A stretch of 32,000 nt of DNA from Pseudomonas aeruginosa (GTDB taxonomy: Bacteria; Pseudomonadota; Gammaproteobacteria; Pseudomonadales; Pseudomonadaceae). Made by a program: the position numbers and the translations under genes. Under the pieces are notes generated by a model, which saw only the letters and a list, made by a program, of their open reading frames with translations, had not been told where the DNA came from and ran no database searches. The stretch's first letter is position 1. Every line of letters begins with the position of its first letter. The stretch is from the NCBI RefSeq assembly GCF_001457615.1, contig NZ_LN831024.1, positions 510,001 through 542,000 of the forward strand, in the 5' to 3' direction. Below, one piece after another: positions 8,539-15,665 of the stretch.

Positions 8539-9396
8539 ATGGCCACACTGGAAATACTCGGGGCGGAATGCCGCGCGGGGGGCGCGGTGAACGACGATGC
8601 GCTGGGCTGCACGGCGCAGGCCGCCTGGGTGATCGACGGTGCCACCAGCATCGGTCGCAGCGTGCTGGGCGTGGAAAGCGACGCGCGCTGGCTGGCCCAG
8701 GCGGTGGACCGGCACCTGCGGTTGCTGCTGGAAGTCGAGCCCGAGCAATCCAGCGAGACCCTGCTGCGGCGCCTGCTCAACGATATCCAGGGCGACTTCC
8801 GCGCCCAGAGCGGCCGCGACTGGCACGACCTCGAAGACATGCCGGCGGCCTGCCTGAGCCTGCTGCGGATTCGCGGCGGAGAAATCGAACTGCTCAACAT
8901 CGGCGACAGCCGGATCCTCGTCGAAGGCGCCGACGGCCAGGTACGCAGCTTCGGCGATTCGGCCCTACACGAACTGGATCGGCAATCCCTGGCGCATTTC
9001 TGCCGGATGCGCGAGGAACATCCGCAGTGGGATCACGCCGAACTGTTCAAGGCCAGCCGCCCGCGCGTGCGGCAGAACCGCCTGCTGATGAACAAGCCCG
9101 AGGGCTACTGGGCGCTGGACATCAGCGACCGCTGGCTCGGCCAGGTGCAGCGCGAGACCTTGCCGCTCGCCGCGTTGCGTTCCTTCGTGCTGATGACCGA
9201 CGGCTTCGACCGGCTGGTCGAGCCTTTCCGCCGCTATACCGACGAACAGTTGCTGCGGCGCCTCGAGGACGTCGGAGTGAGCGCCATGCTCGACGAGTTG
9301 CGCGAGATCGAACAGGGCGACGACCAGGCCCTGGCTTTCCCGCGTTTCAAGATCCACGACGACGCCAGCGCGCTGTGGGGTCGGATCGCGGGGTGA
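8539..9396 (+). CDS. Hypothetical protein, PP2C-like phosphatase fold suspected
   Basis: 285 aa. AGGAGGA RBS 8525-8531. Motifs AAWVIDGATS and FVLMTDGF resemble the metal-binding Asp motifs of PP2C/SpoIIE-type phosphatases. The functional call is tentative. Confidence 0.5.
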   Translation: MATLEILGAECRAGGAVNDDALGCTAQAAWVIDGATSIGRSVLGVESDARWLAQAVDRHLRLLLEVEPEQSSETLLRRLLNDIQGDFRAQSGRDWHDLEDMPAACLSLLRIRGGEIELLNIGDSRILVEGADGQVRSFGDSALHELDRQSLAHFCRMREEHPQWDHAELFKASRPRVRQNRLLMNKPEGYWALDISDRWLGQVQRETLPLAALRSFVLMTDGFDRLVEPFRRYTDEQLLRRLEDVGVSAMLDELREIEQGDDQALAFPRFKIHDDASALWGRIAG

Positions 9397-9512
9397 ACGA
9401 TGATCTCCGGCGCCCGGAATGCAGGTCCTCCCCATTGCGCCGGCTGCCGATATCCCGGCCCTCTCCCTCAGGCGGGAGGAGGGCATCCGGTGCCCGGAAG
9501 GTACGTTCTGCG

Positions 9513-9550
9513 GTAGGGCGAATAACCGCGAAGCGGTTATCCGCCGTTAC
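9513..9550. repeat. REP-like palindromic element
   Basis: GTAGGGCGAATAACCGCGAAGCGGTTATCCGCCGTTAC. Same family as 1034-1142, again between convergent genes. Confidence 0.8.
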
Positions 9551-9568
9551 GCACCTGTGACGCGTCGC

Positions 9569-11962
9569 TCACCACTTGTAGCTGACGCTGCCCACCACGC
9601 TGCGCTGGTCGCCGTAGTAGCAGTAGTAGCCGTCGCAGGACGCCAGGTAGTCCTTGTTGAACAGATTGTTGGCATTGACCGCCACGCTGACGCCTTTCAG
9701 GCTGCCGTTCAATTGGCCCAGGTCGTAGCGCACGGCGGCGTCGTACAGGGTGTACGAGCCGGCGTAGCCGTCGTAGGTGTTGGCCTGGTCGCCGTAGGTC
9801 GAGCCTACGTAGCGGGCGCCGGCACCCACGCTGAAACCGTTCAGCGTACCCTCGTGCCAGGTGTAGTCGGCCCATAGCGAGGCCTGGTTGCGCGGCGCCT
9901 GTTGCAGGCGGTTGCCTGCGTACTGGCCTTTTTTCACTTCGGTGTCGGCGTAGCTATAGGCGCCGATCATCTTCAGGTTGTCGGTGACGTTGCTGGTGGC
10001 TTCCAGTTCTATCCCGGAGACCTTCACTTCGCCCGTCTGCGAAGTGACCGGCGTGCCGCCTATGTTCTGCGACACGCTGACGTTCTCCTGGCGCAGGTCA
10101 TAGACCGCGGCGGTGAACAGCGAGTCGGAGCCTACCGGCTGGTACTTCACGCCGATTTCCCATTGCTTGCCTTCGGTCGGCTTCAGCGAACTGGTGCTGT
10201 TCATATCGGCGCCAGTGGTGGGCTGGAACGACTCCGCATAGGAGATATAGGGCGCCACGCCATTGTCGAAGATGTAGCTGAGCGCCGCGTTGCCGCTGAA
10301 CTTCTTGTCGCGGCTGGTATTGGTGGCGTCGCCCTTGTTGTAGAAGGTGGCGCCTGTGTGCACCCAGTCCTCGCGACCGCCGAGGGTCAGGCGCCAGTTG
10401 TCGAGGGCGATCTGGTCCTGGACGTAGAGGCCGGTCTGGTAGGTCTTCTGCTTGTAGTCGTAGAAGGCCGTCGAACGATCCGGTTTGACGATCGGCTGGC
10501 CGTAGATCGGGTTGATGACGTTGCTCGGCGGCGCGCTGCCAAAGATCGATGTGTATTGGTTGTCGGTGCGGTTGTGATCCAGGCCTAGCAGCAGGGTGTG
10601 GCGCAGGGCGCCTGTTTCGAAGTCGGCCTGGAAGTTGTTATCTACTACGAACTGACTGACGTCTTCATCCACCGAGGTGGTGCTGCGTTCCAGTGTGCCG
10701 TCGGCATGAGCTGTGCCCGCTGTAATCCCCTGGAACGACAGGTCGTTGCGCAGGTAGCGCAGGTTCTGGCGGAACTGCCAGACATCGTTGATCCGCCGCT
10801 CGAAGGCGTAGCCCAGCCAGTAGTAGGTGCGGTCGTAGTATTCCCAGTCCGGATCGCCGAGGTTCTTGTGATGGGAAACCTTGCCGAACGGCGCGTCGTA
10901 CTTGGTTCCGCGTAGCGGCAGGAACTGGCTGGTGATGCCGGTATCGTCGCGGTTGAACTGGCCGAGGAAGGTCAGCCTGGTGTCGTCGTCGATGTTCCAG
11001 GTCAGGCTCGGGGCGATGTTGTAGCGCTTGTCGTCGATATGGTCGACCTGGGTGTTGCTGTCGCGCACCACGCCGGAGACGCGATAGAGAAAGCGTCCCT
11101 CGTCGTCGAGCGGGCCGGTGCTGTCGAAGCTGACCTGCTTGTGGTTGTAGTTGCCGACCTCGGCCTTCACCTCGTGACTGGCGACGTTCTGCGGACGCAG
11201 GCTGACCATGTCGAGCATGCCGCCCGGCGGGGTCTGGCCGTAGACCGAGGAGGCCGGGCCGCGCAACAGGGCGACACGCTCCAGGTTCCAGGTTTCCAGT
11301 TTCGGGTTGTTGTAGACGCCGACCGCCATCGGCAGGCCGTCGAGGAACTGGGTCGGCTTGAAGCCGCGCACCTTCAACCAGTCGGAGCGGGTGTCGCTGC
11401 CGAAGCTGCTGGCGACGACGCCGGGCATGTAGCGCACCGCGTCGTCGAGGCTGTGCACGGCGCGGTCGGTCATCTGCTGGCGGGTCGCCACCGAGATCGA
11501 GCGCGGGGTCTCGAGGATCGGCGTATCGGTCTTGGTGCCGGTCATGCTGCGCTTGGCCACGTAGCCGCTGGTCGGCCCCAGTGGGTCTTCCTCGGCGCCG
11601 CTGACCGTCATCGCCTGCAGCGACAGGGTGTCTTCCGGCACCTTGCGCAGGCTGTAGGTGCCGCCGGCATTTTCCACCAGTTCCAGGCCGCTGCCCTTGA
11701 GCGCTTCGCGCAATGCGCCGGGCGCGTCGAAGCGACCTTGCACGGCGTGGGCGCTGCGTCCTTCGGCGAGCGCCGGATCCAGGGTGAGGACCAGGCCGGC
11801 CTGGGCCGCGATGCGGTTCAGGGTGCCTGCCAGCGGCCCGGCGGCGATGCGGTAGTCGCGTACGCTGGCCTGTTCGGCCGGGGCGGCGTGGAGGAACGGT
11901 GCGGGAACGGCGAGGGCGATGGCTAGGGCGAGCAGGCCGGGACGGAACGTCGGGCGGGGCAT
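9569..11962 (-). CDS. fiuA: TonB-dependent ferrichrome-type siderophore receptor with N-terminal signalling (STN) domain
   Basis: 797 aa. Signal peptide, then an STN-type extension (RDYRIAAGPLAGTLNRIAAQAGLVLTLDP...), plug and 22-strand barrel regions, and the terminal SVSYKW aromatic residue. Adjacent FecIR-type pair. Synteny matches PA0470. Confidence 0.9.
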   Translation of the reverse strand: MPRPTFRPGLLALAIALAVPAPFLHAAPAEQASVRDYRIAAGPLAGTLNRIAAQAGLVLTLDPALAEGRSAHAVQGRFDAPGALREALKGSGLELVENAGGTYSLRKVPEDTLSLQAMTVSGAEEDPLGPTSGYVAKRSMTGTKTDTPILETPRSISVATRQQMTDRAVHSLDDAVRYMPGVVASSFGSDTRSDWLKVRGFKPTQFLDGLPMAVGVYNNPKLETWNLERVALLRGPASSVYGQTPPGGMLDMVSLRPQNVASHEVKAEVGNYNHKQVSFDSTGPLDDEGRFLYRVSGVVRDSNTQVDHIDDKRYNIAPSLTWNIDDDTRLTFLGQFNRDDTGITSQFLPLRGTKYDAPFGKVSHHKNLGDPDWEYYDRTYYWLGYAFERRINDVWQFRQNLRYLRNDLSFQGITAGTAHADGTLERSTTSVDEDVSQFVVDNNFQADFETGALRHTLLLGLDHNRTDNQYTSIFGSAPPSNVINPIYGQPIVKPDRSTAFYDYKQKTYQTGLYVQDQIALDNWRLTLGGREDWVHTGATFYNKGDATNTSRDKKFSGNAALSYIFDNGVAPYISYAESFQPTTGADMNSTSSLKPTEGKQWEIGVKYQPVGSDSLFTAAVYDLRQENVSVSQNIGGTPVTSQTGEVKVSGIELEATSNVTDNLKMIGAYSYADTEVKKGQYAGNRLQQAPRNQASLWADYTWHEGTLNGFSVGAGARYVGSTYGDQANTYDGYAGSYTLYDAAVRYDLGQLNGSLKGVSVAVNANNLFNKDYLASCDGYYCYYGDQRSVVGSVSYKW

Positions 11963-12028
11963 GTGCGGGGCTCCTGGATGGAAACGAGTCTCAATGCCTC
12001 CTTGCCGGACGAGTCGGAAAAAGTGATA

Positions 12029-12058
12029 GGGCCGGCGGGAAAAATTTTTCGCCGGCCC
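12029..12058 (-). terminator. GC-rich hairpin just downstream of the fiuR stop
   Basis: GGGCCGGCG (12029-12037) pairs perfectly with CGCCGGCCC (12050-12058), with an inner AAAAATTTTT extension. On the minus-strand RNA a U5 run follows 7 nt later, so it is not a textbook intrinsic terminator. Confidence 0.4.
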
Positions 12059-12065
12059 GTTCGGT

Positions 12066-13066
12066 TCAGCGTGGCACCACTTCGAACCACCAGGCGTTGT
12101 GCCTCACGCTGCGCACCGGCAGGCTCGGCTCCAAAGCCTGAAGGGCGAGGCGGGTGTCCTTCAGCGGGAAACTGCCGGTGACGCGCAGGTCGGCGATGCT
12201 CGGGTCGACCTGCAGCAGCGCCGGCGAATAGCGCCCCAGTTCCGCCACCAGGTCGGCCAGCCGGGCGTTCTCCACCACCAGCATGCCTTGTGCCCAGGCG
12301 CCGGCCAGAGCCGGGCCGCTTCGCTGGCCTGCAGGCCTTGCGGCAGGATCAGCACCTGCTGGCCTTCCTTGATCACACGCTCTTCGCTGAGCGTTTCCGC
12401 GCGCGCGGCCACCGCCGACTGCAACACGGTGAGGCGCGTGCCGGGTTCCTCGCGGCGCACCAGGAAGCGCGTGCCGAGGGCGCGCATGTCGCCATCGGCG
12501 CTGCTGACCACGAAGGGGCGCGGGTCGCCATGGGCGGTTTCCACCAGGATCTCGCCGGCCAGTAGCACGACCTGGCGGCGTTCGCCGTCGAAGCGGACGT
12601 CGATGGCGCTGCGGCTGTTCAGGCGCACATGAGTGGCATCCGGGAGGGTCAGCTCGCGCTGCTCGCCGGTGGCGCTGTAGGCATCGGCCAGCAGGTAGCG
12701 GACCGGGACGTAGCGGTTGGCCACGCCGAGCCCGACGCCTAGCGCCAGCACTAGCCCCAGGGCGCTGCCGCCGAGCCGGCGCAGGCGGCGCTTGAAGCGT
12801 GCGTTGCCGGACAGCAGGGCGTTGCGCGCCGGCCCGTTGGCGGCTCTCGCCAGGTGCCGGTCGAGGCCGCCGAGCTGTTCCCAGGCGCGTTCGTGTTCGG
12901 GATGCGCCGCGTACCAGCGGTGGAAGGCGCGGTGATCGTCGGGATGGGCTTCGCCGGAGTCGAGCAGCAATTGCCAGGCGATGGCTTCGTCGAGCACCCG
13001 CGCGCGTACCGGCGAATGACGATCGTCGGCGCTCACCGGGGCTCTCCGTAGAGGGCGATGTAGCAC
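12066..13066 (-). pseudogene. fiuR: FecR-type transmembrane anti-sigma/sigma regulator FiuR, apparently disrupted by a 1-nt frameshift
   Basis: The N-terminal 3/4 (track ORF 12161-13066: ...DEAIAWQLLLDSGEAHPDDHRAFHRWYAAHPEHERAW..., TM segment LGLVLALGVGLGV) and the conserved FecR C-terminus (track ORF 12066-12284: MLVVENARLADLVAELGRYSPALLQVDPSIADLRVTGSFPL...) are in different frames. The switch lies around 12300-12330, next to GGG 12313-12315. The tail of the first frame is Trp/Arg/Cys-rich nonsense. An alternative start GTG 13036 overlaps the fiuI stop (GTGA). Confidence 0.75.
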
Positions 13067-13551
13067 TGGCGCAGACCCTGGGCCAGGTATTGGCGCACGC
13101 GTGGCACCGAGACTCCGAGACGCTCGGCGATCTCCGCGTGGGGCATGCCGTCCAGGCGGCTATAGAGAAACGCGCTACGCGCCTTCAGCGACAGCGTGCC
13201 AAGCAGGCGATCGATCTCGCGGAGGTCCTCGAGAATCAGGTACTGCTCTTCGGCCGAAGGCTGCTCCGCTTCCGGAACCAGCGCCAGTTCGGCGAGATAG
13301 GCCTGCTCAAGGGCGGCGCGGCGGAAGTGGTCGATCATCAGACCGCGCGCCACCTTCGCCAGGAACGCGCGCGGTTCCCGCAGGCCGGGCAGCTCCGGGC
13401 GGCCGAGGAGGCGAACGAAGGTGTCCTGGCTGAGGTCTTCGGCGCGCTGGCGGCAGCCGAGGTTGCGGTTCAGCCAGGCAAGCAGCCAGCCGCGGTGGTC
13501 CCGGTACAGGCTACCCACGAATTCGCTGTTGCTGACGTCACCCGCCGACAC
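13033..13551 (-). CDS. fiuI: ECF (FecI-type, iron-starvation) sigma factor FiuI
   Basis: GTG 13551 lies 5-8 nt after GGGGAG and gives 172 aa. Region 2 (FVGSLYRDHRGWLLAWLNRNLGCRQRAEDLSQDTFVRLL) and region 4 HTH (MPHAEIAERLGVSVPRVRQYL) are present. The track ORF to 14568 is an unsupported extension. Confidence 0.85.
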   Translation of the reverse strand: MSAGDVSNSEFVGSLYRDHRGWLLAWLNRNLGCRQRAEDLSQDTFVRLLGRPELPGLREPRAFLAKVARGLMIDHFRRAALEQAYLAELALVPEAEQPSAEEQYLILEDLREIDRLLGTLSLKARSAFLYSRLDGMPHAEIAERLGVSVPRVRQYLAQGLRQCYIALYGEPR

Positions 13552-13590
13552 GACCGCTCCCCATCCCGAAACGGGATTGAATGGAAAAAC

Positions 13591-13613
13591 GAGAATTATT
13601 CGCAAATGATCGC
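13591..13613. promoter_or_regulatory. Candidate Fur box in the fiuI / GST divergent promoter region
   Basis: GAGAATTATTCGCAAATGATCGC is an AT-rich block of AAT/ATT hexamer-like units, 40-60 nt upstream of the fiuI start. My hand alignment gives only about 10/19 matches to GATAATGATAATCATTATC, so the call rests mainly on context (FecI-type sigma genes are typically Fur-repressed). Confidence 0.4.
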
Positions 13614-13719
13614 AAAGTGCGACTATCCCTGCAATTGGCGTCCGTCGGGAAGCCACTTGAGTCGTCCCGCTGGTTTGCCGGAGGATCGGTGTTCCCATAA
13701 CAAGAACAGGAGTCTCGCC

Positions 13720-14469
13720 GTGGCCGAACCTTTGCTGATCATCGGTTCCTATCTGTCCCCCTATGTGCGCAAGGTGCTGGTGCTGCTGGAACTGAAAGGC
13801 ATCGCCTACCGCATCGACCCCATCGTGCCGTTCTTCGGCGACGAGGCCTTCGAGCGCCTCAGTCCGTTGCGCCAGATTCCGGTGCTGGTGGACGGTGACT
13901 TCGTCCTCAACGATTCCAGCGTGATCTGCCAGTACCTGGAGGAGCGCTACCCGCAGCCGAGCCTGTATCCCGTCGACATCGGCCAGCGCGCCCAGGCCCG
14001 CTGGCTGGAGGAGTACGCCGATTCGCGGCTGGGCCAGGTGATCATCTGGCAGTTGTTCCACCAGTTGGTGATCAACCGTGGCATCTGGCAGCGCGAACCC
14101 GACCAGGCGATCCTGCAACGCACCTACGACGAAGACCTGCCATCGATCTGCAACTACCTGGAAGGGCGGGTCCCGCCAAGCGGCTGGCTGTGCGGCGAGC
14201 TGTCCATCGCCGATGTCGCCGTCGCCTGCCTGTTCCGCAATGCCCAGTTGGCGCGCTACCAGGTCGACGGCGAGCGCTGGCCGCGCCTGGCGCGCCTGTT
14301 GGCTGACGCTTTCGCCCTGCCGGCCTTCCAGCATCTGGCGCGTTTCGAGAAGGCCACCGCGCAGACCCCGGTCGCCGAACAGCGCCAGGCGCTGCGCGAG
14401 GCCGGCGCGCCGCTCAGCGCGACCAGCCACGCCCGCGAGCGGCCGGTGCGCGGTCCGATGAGCCGCTGA
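13720..14469 (+). CDS. Glutathione S-transferase family protein
   Basis: GTG 13720 lies 7 nt after ACAGGAG and gives 249 aa. N-terminus IIGSYLSPYVRKVLVLLELKG is a paralogue of the GST at 6864-7484, followed by a GST C-terminal domain. The 556-aa track ORF upstream part is Arg-rich artefact. Confidence 0.8.
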   Translation: MAEPLLIIGSYLSPYVRKVLVLLELKGIAYRIDPIVPFFGDEAFERLSPLRQIPVLVDGDFVLNDSSVICQYLEERYPQPSLYPVDIGQRAQARWLEEYADSRLGQVIIWQLFHQLVINRGIWQREPDQAILQRTYDEDLPSICNYLEGRVPPSGWLCGELSIADVAVACLFRNAQLARYQVDGERWPRLARLLADAFALPAFQHLARFEKATAQTPVAEQRQALREAGAPLSATSHARERPVRGPMSR

Positions 14470-14571
14470 GAGGGAGTGCGGGCGGCGCCCAGGGCGCCGT
14501 CCTGATGAAGCGCCATTCAGCGCCTCGATAAGACCTTCGCGGCGCTGGTGGATCCAGCGTCCGGGCATATT

Positions 14572-14595
14572 TTATATAGACCAGTCTATATAAAG
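14572..14595. promoter_or_regulatory. Perfect 24-bp palindrome (11-bp arms); candidate operator, probably for the downstream TetR regulator
   Basis: TTTATATAGAC CA GTCTATATAAA. It overlaps TATATA/TATAAA -10-like hexamers and ends 13 nt before the thioesterase start. The GGAGG RBS is at 14598-14602. Confidence 0.55.
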
Positions 14596-14608
14596 CGGAG
14601 GCCGCACC

Positions 14609-15013
14609 GTGATGAACGTCCCCGAAGGGTTCCAGCCGCTGTTCCGCAGCAGTCCGTTGCTCGACCTGCTCGGTCCTTTCTTCTGCCGGCAGGACGCCCA
14701 GCGCCAGTTGGTGGTGGCGCTGCGCATCGACGAAAAGCACTGCAACCACGGTGGCACCGCCCACGGCGGCCTGCTCTCGACCCTGGCCGACGTTGGCCTC
14801 GGCTACGCCATGGCGTTCTCCCGCGAACCGCCGCAGCCGATGGTCACCGTCGGCCTGCGCCTGGACTTCTGCGGGGTCGCGCGGGTCGGCGACTGGCTGG
14901 AGGTGCATACCCGGGTCGACAAGCTCGGCCAGCGCATGGCCTTCGCCTCGGCCCGGCTGCATAGCGGCGAGCGCCTGGTGGCCAGCGCCAGCGGCGTGTT
15001 TCATCTGCCCTGA
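14609..15013 (+). CDS. PaaI/hotdog-fold acyl-CoA thioesterase
   Basis: 134 aa, starting at GTG 14609 or ATG 14612. Motif HCNHGGTAHGGLLSTLADVGLGYAM is typical of PaaI-family thioesterases. Confidence 0.8.
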   Translation: MMNVPEGFQPLFRSSPLLDLLGPFFCRQDAQRQLVVALRIDEKHCNHGGTAHGGLLSTLADVGLGYAMAFSREPPQPMVTVGLRLDFCGVARVGDWLEVHTRVDKLGQRMAFASARLHSGERLVASASGVFHLP

Positions 15014-15062
15014 GGCTCGGGCATGCTTGCCCGGTCGTCTGCCGTGAGTTGGGGAGTCAGGT

Positions 15063-15632
15063 TTGCCGAAGAAGTCCAATGCCGCCGAACGGATCGTCCA
15101 TGCCACCGCCTCGCTGCTGGCCAGCCGCGGGTATTTCGGCACCGGGCTGAGCGACATCATCGCTCGCGCCGAGGCGCCGAAAGGCTCGCTCTATCACTAT
15201 TTCCCCGAGGGCAAGCCGCAGATCGCCAGCGCCGCGATCGGCTTCGTCGCCGACGAGGTGGCGTCCTTCCTCGACCGCGCCGGGACCCAGGCCCCCCATG
15301 CGCGCAACGTCCTCCGCCAGTTCACCGCGACCCTGCGTGGCTGGCTGGAGCATTCGCGTTTCGAAGAGGCCTGCCCGGTGCTTTCCACCAGCCTGAGCAT
15401 CGACGCCGAGCTGGCCCCGGTGCACGCTGAATGCCGCCGGGCGCTCCGCGCCTGGCACGCCAGCATCGAGCGTGCGTTGCGCGCCGACGGACTGGCGGAA
15501 AAGCTCGCCGCCTCGCGTGCCTGGCTGATCCTCGCGGCGCTGGAGGGGGCGGTCGCGGTGGCCCGCGTCGAGCGGTCGTTCCAGGCGCTGGATGCGATCG
15601 AGGAAGAATTGCAGGCGCTACTGCCGGCCTAG
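15063..15632 (+). CDS. TetR-family transcriptional regulator
   Basis: 189 aa from TTG 15063 (no in-frame ATG nearby). N-terminal HTH RIVHATASLLASRGYFGTGLSDIIARAEAPKGSLYHYFPEGK. Lies 49 nt downstream of the thioesterase, so it is probably in the same operon. Confidence 0.8.
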   Translation: MPKKSNAAERIVHATASLLASRGYFGTGLSDIIARAEAPKGSLYHYFPEGKPQIASAAIGFVADEVASFLDRAGTQAPHARNVLRQFTATLRGWLEHSRFEEACPVLSTSLSIDAELAPVHAECRRALRAWHASIERALRADGLAEKLAASRAWLILAALEGAVAVARVERSFQALDAIEEELQALLPA

Positions 15633-15665
15633 GCGGGTGTCGCGCCCAGGCCGGCCAGGTATCCG

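Noticed and set aside
11963-12065. Attempt to locate the FiuI-dependent (FecI-type) promoter of fiuA in the fiuR-fiuA gap
   Set aside because: I could not find a convincing -35/-10 pair with proper spacing on the minus strand, and I do not trust my memory of the consensus enough to call one. Only the hairpin at 12029-12058 is reported.
12290-12330. Programmed ribosomal frameshifting as the explanation for the split fiuR (and likewise the split LysR gene at 19991-20010)
   Set aside because: No slippery heptamer (X XXY YYZ) or stimulatory structure is visible at either junction, and FecR and LysR families are not known to use recoding. A simple indel, biological or technical, is more parsimonious.
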